Part shown: positions 1 through 13,033 of the stretch, piece after piece
Numbering within the stretch: the stretch's first letter is position 1
Layout of the letters: each line of letters begins with the position of its first letter
NCBI RefSeq assembly: GCF_006345805.1
Contig: NC_042998.1
Location: forward strand, 71,114,001 to 71,178,000
DNA: 64,000 nucleotides
Source: Octopus sinensis
Lineage: Eukaryota
Reading direction: 5' to 3'
Made by a program: the position numbers and the translations under genes
Notes under the pieces: model-generated
Databases searched by the model: none
What the model was told of the DNA's origin: nothing
The model's input: only the letters and a program-made list of their open reading frames with translations

Positions 1-199
1 GTTCTGTCTCTCTCCACTCGAGTAATGAAATTTATATTCCGCGCTTGAATATACATAGCTGAAATCATAGTCGATACAATGGCCGTAATTAAAATAAATG
101 ACAATGGGATTTAAAAATGGAAACTTACTTTGCAAAAAGATTCTGTGGTCACTCGCACTCGTTCATATGCATGAAATATTGAGGAGTATACACACGCGT

Positions 200-224
200 T
201 TGCACGCACACGGGCACACACACA

Positions 225-270
<46 letters not shown>

Positions 271-635
271 CTACAATGCTAAATAAACAGAAAGATTTCA
301 CGGTTGGAAACTATAGACACACATATATAAACCCAAAATCACAAAGATTTATTATGCATGCATAGGCAAGTATGTGTATATCCATATATAGATAGAAGTT
401 AGTATATGTGAGTATCGAGATGACATCATTACAATAGAAGTCTAGTTTCTTTCCATTTAAAAATGATGACGCACATGCACGCATACATACATACATACAT
501 ACACACACACATACATATACACATACACACACACATACATACATACATACATACATACATACATACATACATACATACATACATACATACATACATACAT
601 AAATACAAGCATACATACATACACACATACACACG
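200..635. repeat. (CA)n and (TACA)n microsatellites
   Basis: (CA)n at ~205-270 and (TACA)n/(CA)n at ~480-635. These explain the low-complexity ORFs at 98-714. Confidence 0.95.
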
Positions 636-3600
636 CATATCTAAATACCAAAGAAAGAATTTTTTTCTCTTAGAAACGATCTCCTTCCTTAGATTTCAAA
701 TAGTTAAAAAATAGAAGACATCACGCACACACACATACACATAGAGGCGCGCACTCTCACACACATTTATAAATAAGCGTACATATATATCTCTGTGTAT
801 ATGTTTTTTAAACATTTTTTTCTTTGTTAAATAAACAGAGAAAGATTATTCAATACATGTTCTAGAAAATATTTGTATGCAGCTGGCGAGTCATTCGATA
901 TGATCCTCCAGATTACAATAGATTACAATAGAATGGCGTATTTCGCTCTACAGGAAATCCGTAAACAATGGAGCATATAACATTTCTTTTAGCTCACAAG
1001 TCATGTGGTATGGCGATATTGAAATTTAGTGTATGTTTAGTCAATTACTGCGAGGAAAGTCTTGATTTCAATATTCCCATTGAGGGGTTTCATTGTTTGG
1101 GAGTTCAGGATTATACTTAGGTAGCTATGTATTATTAGAATCAGGATAATTCTATGCTGTATATATTTAGAATGATCGTAGTGAGCGTGATTAACTAACC
1201 GAATCGATAGAACGTCGTAAAAATATCATTGCATTATTTCTTCTGTTTTTTTTCTGGTGGAATCTGTGTTCAGATTCCACTGCTATTAAATTTCTACAAA
1301 ATAAAGTACCTTTCAAGCACTGTACTTAAAGGTATCAACGAACTCCCTGTCCTTATTTCAGCACATGCACGTATGTTACAAACAATTGTTTCAGGCCTTC
1401 CTCCTATGACAGACACAAGTAATTACGCTATTTGTATATTGAACACCCTGTAAAGAAATACTAACTGATTATACTAACTGACACAGATATTTCCGTATTA
1501 TAAAACCTTCGGTATCCGCAAGATGAGGATTCGTTCCAGAGTAATGTAAAGAATTGTATAATATCCTAGCCAATGATAAAATTACTTTACAAATATACTA
1601 GAGCGGCGTTGATTTGAGGGATATAAGAAACAGTACAGGCATCACAGAAACTTGGAGGAATAGTAAAGTGTAAATGAATGTTTTTGTTGCAGATATGTGG
1701 GCCAAAGAGTAATTGATTGTTAAACTGAAGTCTAGATAGGTAAGAATGTTACATTTCAGAGCGACGTTGGAATATAGAGTGAAGCGTGAAAAGTTGAAGT
1801 GGATTAGTGATGTATCAAAAACAAATTATATATAAAATTCGATGTTGAACTGAAGGAGAGAGAATCATTCTGTCTATAAATTGTTATCCCTTCATGAGTT
1901 TCAGTTTGTATTTATTGTGAAACTCTGTAGAGAGAATAGCAAAAAAAATTCCACTGATGATGGTTATGAAATGTGGTAAGTGTATTACCTTTCCTTTCGA
2001 CTGATATAGATCAATGTTCAACAGTTTAGGCCCTCAAGAATCAGTAGGATAAATATGCATTAGCTATTTTATCGAACATATTTGTAGTGATTTGAAGTGT
2101 CGTGGAGTGGCAATCATGGGGATGGAGCTTTCGATATTAGGTGTCACGTTATGAAATATTTTATGAATAGAAAAAAGAAATGAAATGCAAATGTTTTGTT
2201 AAATACGTTAGCGTGCCTCATTCATTCTGAAACATTGGATATAACATATATTGACTGAAAGCTAATAAATGGGCTATGCAGCAGGTAACATTTCGCAACC
2301 TAAAGACGAGTGTCATTTATGTAAAAAAAAGAGTTTTGTAATGATATATTGTTTTAAGTAAATTGATTAAAATTTAATTCAAATTCCATAGAAGGAATGT
2401 TTCCTATGCCTATAATATAACAAATCTACTATTGTGAACTTTATGTACTATAAACTATTTACGATGGAAGATAAAAAATGCTGACCTGTAATACCCACTC
2501 ATACAATATATTTGCCAAGCTACTCTCGTGTAATATGTTGACATTGTGTATGAAATATTTAGAGACCGGCAACAACATAGAAGACATCTCTTTTCTCCAC
2601 AAAGTAAAAATTAAAAACAAAAGCCAAGAACATAAAGCACCATTTTAGCTTCATATAGGATGTTACCAAAATATCTGCTGAAAACACAATTTAATCTTCG
2701 TTATGGCACAACCGAAGGCAATATTTAACAAAGAAAGAACGAGAAGAAAATGATAAGTGCCATTATCTGTTGACAATGTATTAATGAATAATGAATAATT
2801 ACCACAAAATGTTGAAGCTAAATTGAAAATAATATTATCTTTTATAGTTTAGAAAATGAATAAATAATATATCAAATATTCGAAGATAAACACAAAGTTC
2901 AAGAGGCATTGAAAGATTCTTAATACGAAAAAATAATTTACCTAAAAATAATTGCATATTCATAAAGTATGGTGACGATAGATAGTGTTGGTTGAACGAA
3001 TGAATAGCCGGAAAGAAGTTCGAATTTCAGTTAAGATAAAAACATAATCTCCAACGAAATTCTTACCAAACCGTTACAAACGTTATATACCTTATGAACA
3101 TGTTGATGAAAATTCTATTGTTATGCCTAATTGCTGTGTTTAAAGTATAAACGTTACGTTACATGAGAGCTGATATGAAATGGCATTTGTAAAGATGTGG
3201 TACCTAATAGAGACAAAAGTGCTGCTTTCATACTCCAGGCAATTCAGTGAGGATTTTGTAGAGGATGCTCCAGGACACCCTCGATAAATCATTACTTTAG
3301 TCTGAGTCCTCAAGCGAAAATGGTAGCAAGTAGTTGATGGTTGACTGTCGCTGGACCTATAGAAATATATATAAATCGAGTGAAACAGGGGATACTATCA
3401 AACTCTGCTCTGGGAAGGAAGAATCCTCACAGTAAACATCCTTATTGTTTTCTGTGGTAATTAAAGAGATTCTAGAATAATGGATGTGAATGTGCATGTT
3501 CCATAATTATAGCGTGATATATTGGAAGTGATCTTGTTTAGATATTCATAGAATTATACACATATACACACAAACATACAACCCCAGCCCCTAAAAAAAA

Positions 3601-5724
3601 CTAATTGATTTTAAAGATAGATATTAACAAGGGATAAGTTCTTCTCTTTATATTCGTGGAGTCACCCAGTTGGAATGGAGGAGCAGACCGAGTTATTTTG
3701 TTTGTTCTCCTCATTAGAAAACGTTAGGGATTAGGGTGCATGTCATTTATGAATTATAAGCATGTAGTATTGAGTCCCATAGTCACATTAGTTTTGAGAA
3801 ATTACACTTTTGACGTAGCATTGCATAATATAACGTTCAGAAGCATAAATAAATATAAAATAGTCTATTTGAAATATCAATATTTCTATGAGTATTACCT
3901 TTGTGGTTAAGCTGAAAGGTGGTAGGAATATCATGGGGTTTTGTCAATGATATGAAACGAATTGAATTGATGATGATTATAGAATTTCACATTCGAACAG
4001 AATGGATTTGAAAATCGCTTCAATGAGGCTCACAGTTAAATAAGTTGTAAATTTAAAGAAAGTTTATAGAGAGTTTGTTCTAAGATGAAATAAAGATAAC
4101 TTCTTGGGCAAACAATTCTTCTGAAAAGAATGTAAATAAATAAATCTACTTGAATTTCACTCCTAAACAAAATAGAAATGATAATTTTGTTTTATGGATG
4201 TTCGCATATAAATTGGTTGGAAATGAAGCTATCTTCATTAATATTAACTTCTAAATAGGATGTATATGAAAATCTACACACTGAAATCAATTTGATAATA
4301 AAGAAAATGGAGATTTCATTATGAACATCTACACCTGCAACAGATGTGCCAATGAGGCAACAAGCGAGCTTTATGGTGGTTTGAACTGCTACACATCGTA
4401 TCTATATCTTTTTTATCATCGTTATGATCATGGATTGTCAGACAAATACAAAATAACAGGCTACATCATAATTATCTTAGGTCTTTGCAACAGCAAAAAC
4501 AAGGTATGTAGAAATATATTAGATCAGAGATTCTCCAATAGTTCATACCATGAGCCCACTATCAAAGCAAGACCACCATTTCATTTCTCATCCCTTAATA
4601 GATAGCAATGATGTATGCATCCTAATCTAAGGCAACTTAATGCTACCACAACCAGTCTATACTTATAAATTATAGTGCTTGCTCTCGTCTCTATATTTCC
4701 TCTCTATTCTAAATGTGTTTAATATTTTTTACTAATAAGAATATTAGCTGAAACTAAATGCGTGTACGTATACTATAGTATTTATAAACCATTTCGCAGT
4801 CTGCACGGAGCAAAGATAGTTATTACAAGAATTTGGTGATATTATATCTTTGAAACCATTTAGTAAATAAAAGCACTCGCTGATAATTGATGCTTTAAGG
4901 TTTAGGTCTAGAAAGGACTGGAAGTTTCACAAGTAGATGCACCCGAAAAGTGATGCTCTACAATATAATACGTCCAGCACTAGAGATTACACAGCTGCAG
5001 ATGATAATCAGAGAGGGAAATATAGCATCCATGACCTTTACAGAACCACCGAGACTTGTGAGTGAGACAAAATTTACTCTCACTGTCAAATTATTGTTTA
5101 ATTCTTGTGTAAAGCCGATTTAGACGGGCTCGAGACAAACGTATATCTACTGATACATTCAAGAGAATTATGAAGATTTTTACTGCTATTTCTAGGATGT
5201 CGACGAACCCTCAAGTCTATTTTACTGGTTTGTGTATTGAAATGTATTCTGAATATATACTAGTAGGCGAGGTTGCAATGAATATAGCAGCTATGTGTTT
5301 TCCTTAGTTGCCGATATCAGCTCTTCTGATAGAAACCCATATAAAAACTATACTTTAAGAAAATGATTTAGAGACATTGTTGTAGATTCAGTGAAATTTG
5401 TATCAACACAAACACGAAGAATTTTATACTACATATTGTCAGGGAACTAAGCCGTATTATGTGACCTACTTTATAATGTTTAACACAAACAGCAATTTAT
5501 ATGCATGAATATTGTGTTGGAAAGAGTGATTGAGACAAATGGTAAATGTCCAATCTGTGCAAATTAGTTTCAAACTGTGGAACCGAAACTGTAATCCGTA
5601 ATTATTTGGGGAATGGTGTCGATCGAAATTAACAGCATATCCACTATCACCTCGTATAAATGTGAATATATACGGTATTGGCCATCATCACTAATTTAGT
5701 GTGAATTGAACAGGGATACATATA

Positions 5725-6747
5725 ATTTTCTTTATTGGCCACACAGGGCTGAACACAGAGGGGACAAATACAAATGTAGAGCTTTTCGTTTCGGAAATAA
5801 AAAAGAAACAGGGGGAAAAAAAGAGAAAAAAGTAAAATTCCGATGAAAAGGGTTGGGGGAAAAGGGCGATCAAACGGGATCCGGTATCACAGAAGAAAGT
5901 TTTTAAATGTAAGAATCAAGACTAGGTTTATCCGTGGAAAGAACAACTTGTGGAAAAGACCACGGTAACATCAGGCAGGGAGGGAATAAACACATGAGAG
6001 CAAAGTGCTCTCTCTGTCTCTCTGTCTCTCTCTTTTTATGATTTACAGGATCATGCTCAAAGTGGTTTCGTCGCTCGCATACACCATCTTTGCTACATTC
6101 ACTTATATGTTTTTGAAACTTCCACCAGACAAAACCTGCCTCTCCATTCTCACCTTCCTTTCCAAGTGGTACTTGAAAAAAGTGATGAGCGATTGGCCAG
6201 AGAGGTAAGTGTTTGCCGCTAATGCTTTCGCTCGAGTCCGCCACAGACATTCTTTCACCATGGCCACCAGTACGATAAAAACTGCCTTGTATTCCCGATT
6301 GAAAGAAGGTGGAGGATAAATTGTCACGATAGACTCGGCCGACAGGCGTACTTGTCCCACACGTAACAGCAGCCGTTCGGCATAAGCCCACAGGTCCAAA
6401 AAGGTTGGACACTGCACGAGTGCGTGTAGAACAGTTTCGTCGCTCTGACCGCATATCGGGCAAGTCGGTCCGGTATGTCTCGAACCGTGCCTGTAGAGCT
6501 TATCTCGAACAGGTAATGCTTCTCGATAGCACTGCCAGGCCAGAGATCTTTGGTGATTGTCCATAGGTCCCGGCCGAAAGTTATCCCGATCAGGTGAATC
6601 AGGTGTTCCTCGTCGACATCCGAGAACGTCGTCGCACTTCCCCTCCACTAATCCTCTATAGAACGCGTTTGTTGTAATGAAGTCGCACAAGTCTGGTCCC
6701 GGACGGCAGAGTTTCTTGAGAGCAACGCGACACTCGCGGCGCGATCC
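5725..6747 (-). mobile_element. 5'-truncated non-LTR retrotransposon, 3' end of ORF2 plus 3' UTR (Tx1/L1-type)
   Basis: The minus-strand ORF 6103-7167 contains the post-RT zinc-knuckle region 'EALPVRDKL...CPICGQSDETVLHALVQCP...LWAYAE', typical of L1/Tx1 ORF2 C-termini. The 3' end reads ...CCAATAAAGAAAAT on the minus strand. Flanks GGGATACATATA (5713-5724) and GGGATATATACATATA (6748-6763) look like a TSD. The N-terminal part of the ORF call is microsatellite. Confidence 0.8.
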
Positions 6748-7122
<375 letters not shown>

Positions 7123-8333
7123 GGGGGAGAGAGAAAAATAAATAGAATTGTTGACTGGAAGATACACTTAACATACATGTGACTCCATATGTACTGAAGA
7201 AACCTGAAACCATGGGTCATTTTGCATGACTGCTCTCGTATATAAATTGATAGGATTTAACGAATAGTGTAAAAGAGGTGACATAAAGGAAGTGAAAGGC
7301 AGAGAATCGGAGAGAGAGGAAATGGAACACTGAGAATAGTAAGATATATTTATAAGAGATATTTAGAAAGAGAGAGACAGGGATAGAGAAAGAAAGAGTG
7401 AAGGAGATATATCAATAAAGACAAATTGCCAAACGGAGGGGCAAAACAGAAAGTACAAAATAGAATGGAAATAAATCGCAGATGAATACCGACAGTATTC
7501 ATTCTCTTCACATTTAACACATCTTCAGCAATTACTTCCCCTGTGTCTAATTAACTTTTATGTTTCGGCTCACACTACTTCCACACAGTTTTGAAATCAA
7601 CCAGCGTCATCTTACCTGACAAAAGTTTATTCTATGTAAGTCGTAAAAAAGGAATAAATTTACAATGCAACCAAATTGGAATCCTAAACAAGCGCCTAGC
7701 CGAGTTAATATTCCTTATATATTGGCACCATGCAATTTTATAATATCACGCACAGTGACAGCATCGTTGAGATAATGAAGCCAAATACGTCTAAGTCCTT
7801 CTCTTTAGCCATTTAAAAGTGTCAGAAAGAGAATTCTACTTCAATTGACTGATATTTAATTTAGTAGAACGATAGCTTTCAAATATTATTAATGTTGGCA
7901 CTGCGAAGGAGATAAAAAGTTAACTAGGCAGTATCGCTATCTGGCTAACTACAGCCTATAGGCAAATAGAAGAGACAAACGTACTGGTGTCTTAATACTT
8001 GCACTTTACTAACTGTTGCATCTTAAAATGCCGAATTCTTCATACATAGTAAATCATGTGCCTATAAGATATGCAATGTTATGATGTATATATGATATGA
8101 TATGATATGATATATAATTTAGGGAATCTAAGAGATACCACCACGCTTGAAATAGTAGCCAAAACTTGACTCTAAAACAACATGTAGTTTTAGAGTTTTG
8201 GCTGCTATTTCAAGCGTGGTGGTATCTCTTAGATACCCTAAATTATAATTTTTAAAATAATTATTACATTTGAAGTTTTTTATTCCCATACTGGCCACTT
8301 GATAAGTTCGATATTTAAATAGCGCTCTTAACC

Positions 8334-8388
<55 letters not shown>

Positions 8389-8460
8389 TATATATAATTA
8401 ATAAATCTCAGGTTAGTAAAAAAATTTCGAAAAATTTCTTTACTACCAGTGGTAATTTAT

Positions 8461-8731
8461 CGTGCTCTTAACCACTACGCCATATGCCCGTCAAATGTAA
8501 ATAATGTAAATTCCTCATCTTTTACTTGTTTCAGTCATTTGATTGTGACCATGCTGGAGCACCGCCTTTAGTCGAGCATTACTGACTAAAGAAGAATGGG
8601 AGGATGTGGTCAGCAACACTAGATTAAAATGACTCCAATATTTACAGGTATTTTATTTTATCCACCAGACAAGGAAGCATGTCAATGTTCGTTTCACTAT
8701 ATTTGAACTCAGAACATAAAAATCATGAAGT
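8461..8731. repeat. Left arm of a ~270-bp inverted duplication (partner 10357-10644) made of joined SINE fragments
   Basis: Reverse-complement match by eye, e.g. 'ttactgactaaagaagaatgggaggatgtggtcagcaacactagattaaaatgactcc' vs 'ggagtcattttaatctagtgttgctgaccacatcttcccattcttctttagtcagtaa'. Confidence 0.9.
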
Positions 8732-8829
8732 CGGAATGTGTATTGTAAAATACAAATAAGATGATAACTTAGAACAGCAGAAATATAGGGTGAATTATCA
8801 TTACCAAGCAGAAAGATTTGTCAATAAAC

Positions 8830-8900
8830 AGCCATGGGACTCGAACCCACATCCCTTGAAGAATCCGACCGAGTGCTTTACCATTAAAGTAAACTTCCCG
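8830..8900 (-). pseudogene. tRNA-derived fragment (SINE head or tRNA pseudogene)
   Basis: The minus strand has a B-box GGTTCGAGTCCCA and a D-arm-like TAATGGTAAAGC, but no clean cloverleaf. Confidence 0.45.
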
Positions 8901-10593
8901 TTGAGAAAGTAATCTGGAATTTTAGACTATATAAAGCTAAATGTGTATATAAATATAAAACGTGTATAAAATATATAGAAATTATCATTTTATTTATAAG
9001 CGTCTCATTGTGTATTGAAATATACAATTAAGATGATAATTATTTTCGAACGCAGATTAATTTGTGAACGAGCAGTTTAGCTTAATGATAAAAGATGAGG
9101 TTTTGAGTCCCTTGGTTGTTTGTTGACAAATATTTTCTGCTTTGTAAGGGTAATTTACCCTATATTTCTGATGTTCTACAATAAATTGTCGTCTTATTTG
9201 TATCTTCATATATATATATATATATATATATAGTGTGCATTTAAACACATACGTGATGGCCATAATAAGAGGACATGTGATTCGCTAGAAAGAGTAGATA
9301 AACTCTAAACTATTATTAGGAGTAATTTCGAACGGAAATGAAAAAAAAACAAAAAAACATTTACCCTTTATTTCCTGTATCATGCATGATTTCAAGCAAT
9401 CTTTAGTAAAGAAATAAAATTATTTACATAAGCGAAGCTATCGTCAGCAGGAAAGCAATGATTAACATGTAAAAACTAGGCGATAAAGAACATACCTCGT
9501 GTTTACATGTTATAACTTTTCAAAATCCACTGCGTTCGCGCGGTTTTTTATCGGCAGTAAATACAAAAGATGCCGATTTTACTTTCAAAATTAGCCAAAA
9601 AAAAAAAATGATCATTAATCAATAAATCTCAGGGTAGAAAAAAAACTTAGAAAAATTTCTATGTATCCAGCGAGAAGAAGAAACTAGTCAATAGACTATA
9701 CATTATTCATATAAAAATACAGTGTACATTTAAACACATAAGAGATGGGCATAACAGGACATCTGACTCGCTAGAAAGAGTAGTTAAACTCTAAACCACT
9801 ATTAGGGGTAATTTCGAAAGGGAATAAAAAATAATATAGAGTATAAATGTTTATATTTTTCACTCCCTTTCGAAATTAACCCGAATCGTGGTTTAGAGTC
9901 AGATGTCCTGTTATGACCATCTCTCATTTTATTCGGCCATTGAAGTGGTGTTTAAGTTAGTCAGATGGTAATGGTCCATCTGTCTTTCTACGTTTTCTCG
10001 TTTTCCCGAGCAGTTATCATCATAGTTTTAACCGGTGGATTCCATACGTTTGCTATAGAAATTGCTTATAAAGAATGGTGAATACAAGGTTTTGTTGCTA
10101 CATCCTGTGGGAAACAGTATCGACAATATCCTGTTATACGCGCCAAATATGTCATTCCCTTTCTTTAGAAGATTCCTATATTTTCCCTCGACTTTTATAT
10201 TTAAAATTAAGCTTGTTTTCAATTGTTTTTAAGTAACCATACATTTATGATTGTACACTTTAATTACAAACGGAAATCACTGAACGTTTAATCTCATTTA
10301 TTCGTGGCACTGGATTAGGAATTAGATCATCAGATAAAAATTCCGTTACGGTATTTACTTCATGATTTTTATGTTCTGAGTTAAAATATAATGAAACGAA
10401 CATTGGCATGCTTCCTTGTCTGGTGGATAAAATAAAATACCTGTAAATATTGGAGTCATTTTAATCTAGTGTTGCTGACCACATCTTCCCATTCTTCTTT
10501 AGTCAGTAATGCTCGACTAAAGGCGGTGCTCCAGCATGGCCACAATCAAATGACTGAAACAAGTAAAAGAGTAAAGGATGAGGAATCTATATT

Positions 10594-10691
10594 ATTTACA
10601 TTATTTACATTTGACGGGCATATGGCGTAGTGGTTAAGAGCGCGGACTACTAACCTCAAGATTCCGAGTTTGATTCCAGGCAGTGACCTGA

Positions 10692-10755
<64 letters not shown>

Positions 10756-10904
10756 CAACATCCAAAAATACCTTACGAATGAGAACCCAGGTTCGAAATT
10801 TCCCCGAGATACCTGATGAAGGCTGGAGGTTATATCAGCCGAAACGTTGTGTTAACAACGAACATGACGATGTCAAATATCCCTCAAATCTAAATAATGT
10901 AAAT
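10594..10904 (+). mobile_element. tRNA-derived SINE: head, (TAA)n, hammerhead-like tail, inverted terminal 24-mer
   Basis: A-box TGGCGTAGTGG (~10623), B-box-like GAGTTTGATTCC (~10667), (TAA)n at 10692-10752, and CTGATGA-A-GGCTG..CAGCC-GAAACGTT at 10813-10848. 10594-10617 is the reverse complement of 10881-10904 (22/24). Confidence 0.7.
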
Positions 10905-11265
10905 ATTGTTTCTGGTGCTACTTGAACATTGAGAGTTGTAGGCTATAAATTTCAAGACCACGGTATTCCCGTCAGAAACAGCATCCCCAGGAACTATTAG
11001 TTTTCAAAGCATAATGATCGAACAACGCATCAAAAATCCTATGCTTAACGGGACATGTGGCACACCTGCTATAATGTCAGATCTATTTAGACAGAAAAAA
11101 AGGACATTATTGCATTTTGCAAAAGTAATGACGAGTCGTTTTATTGTATATCTTGTAAGCACATTAGACATATAAGCTTCAATACTGCAATCTAGCAGCA
11201 CTACCGAACTATTAAACTATGCATTGTCCCATTAATCTTCCTCTTATTAGTTTTGTTATCTGACA

Positions 11266-13033
11266 TGCTTCATTCACAAAATCTCTCACTACATACCACA
11301 AACCAATATTTCTGTCGGGAACTCAAAGCATTGACTTCCTCACATGGATCATCCGGCTCGAGTTTAATCAGGTAAAGGATCGCATCGAACTTGGAAAATG
11401 TTCAATGAATATGAATTCGCAAATTAAAATATAAAAATAAAATTTGAAAACTGAGCACTCACATTTACGCCGAACGGCACATAAAATGCAGAATAATTAG
11501 CCAAATAATCCACAGAAATATTACGGATTAGTTAAATACAAACCGTCATATATAAATCATCATTAGTCGTTCCTAGTTTCTGAACTTTGTCAAACAACAC
11601 ACAATAATAGACAGAAGCTAATCACACGTTATTCTATAACTATTAGTCAATCGTAGATTAGAGGACACGATAAAAAAGAGAATGCAAATATGTTTATTTG
11701 CATACCTACGAAATCATCTGTAGTAATCATGTTCTATTTTCCTCCCTTGTAAAATAATAAAACATGTATTGCTCTGATGAGGTGGCTACTCTCTCGTGTT
11801 CAAACAACAAATGCTGTAACCCCTTTTCTCAATATTCACGATATCAATACACAATAATGGCATTTTGTTCAGTGTCTCTTCCTGAGCATTTCGCTTTTAC
11901 TCGCTAATGTTGCTAACCAAGAATCTTCAATAGGGAAAATGTCAAATGCGCGATCCTAGGCAATGTATACGCTGACTCCACAAAAAAAAAGAAAATTCTA
12001 TAAAAAATTAATTTGTTTTTAATTTTCGTTAAATATATATCGTTGCTATGTGTTCAGAACCAAAACCCAACTAAATTTGTGAATAGCAGTGATTATTATC
12101 AATCAAGTCAGCGCATCTTAGAGAATCTTTTATTTCATCATCTAATGAAAAATAAGCTGATGAACCCATATACAAAAAGATGAGCCCTCTGCATCCCAAA
12201 CCATAAGGAAGTGGTTATTTTTGTTTTCCAAATGAATGCTATTATTCGTTCAATTAAAAGGAAATCGATTCTTTAATAGAATTCATTTGCGGGACGAGCG
12301 TATACATTGCCTAGGACCGCACATTTGAACATTTTGTTGTAGAAGATTCTTGGTTAGCAACATTGCCGAGTAAAAATGGAATTTTAAGGAAGAGAGACTG
12401 AGCAGAATGTCCATTATTGTGCATTCACGTCGTGAATACTGTGACAAGAGGTTACAGCTTTTGTTGTTTGAGTGCTAGAGAGTAACCACCTCATCAGAGC
12501 AATAAATGTTATATCATCTTTCAGGGAATGAGAATAGAACATAGTTACTACACATTATTTCGTAGGTATACAAAAAAACATATTTGCATTCTCTTTTTAT
12601 CATGTAATTTAATCTACGATTGACTGATGGTTATATAAAGACGTGTGATCAGCTTCTGTCTATTATTGTGTGTTATTCGATAAAGTTCAGAAACTATGAA
12701 CGATTAAAAGTAACTTAGATATAACAGTTTGTATATTCTTATCCCGTAATATTTCTGAATTTTTTTGTTTGGCTGTTTTGCATCTCTTGTGCCGTTCGGC
12801 GTAATTTTGAATGCTTAGTTTTAATTTTTTACTTTTATATTTTCATTCGAAAAAAAAAAAAAAAAGATAGGAATATCTGCGAATTCATATTCATTGAGCA
12901 TTCTCCAAAATCGATGCGATTCCTTACCTGATTAAACTCGAGCCTGATGGTACATATAAGGAAGTTAATACTTTATGTTCACAGCACAAATCTTGCTTTG
13001 TGGTATACAGTGAGATATTTTGTTATTGAAGCA
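11266..13033. repeat. Long inverted repeat: arms 11266-11973 and 12297-13033, spacer ~320 bp
   Basis: Colinear reverse-complement similarity along the full arms, e.g. 'cctaggcaatgtatacgct'/'agcgtatacattgcctagg' and 'ctcgagtttaatcaggtaa'/'ttacctgattaaactcgag', with many substitutions and indels. Confidence 0.9.

Noticed and set aside
98-714. ORFs rich in HT/YI/CV/MY repeats here and throughout the track (e.g. 13553, 21585, 25065, 28338, 38600-39547, 62072)
   Set aside because: They are translations of microsatellites, not genes.
1229-1453. 74-aa ORF (likewise 4321-4605)
   Set aside because: Non-ATG or short, with no motif.
2900-3450. 'FIKYGDD' resembling an RT YADD motif
   Set aside because: It is a single motif with no other RT blocks in register.
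7188-7225. CTGAAGA-AACCT-GAAACCATGGGTC hammerhead-like string
   Set aside because: There is no stem II and no stem I pairing. It could be a deleted relic but is not supportable.
8830-8900. Functional tRNA gene
   Set aside because: The acceptor and anticodon stems do not form; it is treated as a tRNA-derived relic.
11775-11812. CTGATGAG motif in both arms of the long inverted repeat
   Set aside because: It lacks GAAA (reads CAAAC) and has no stem III or NUH.
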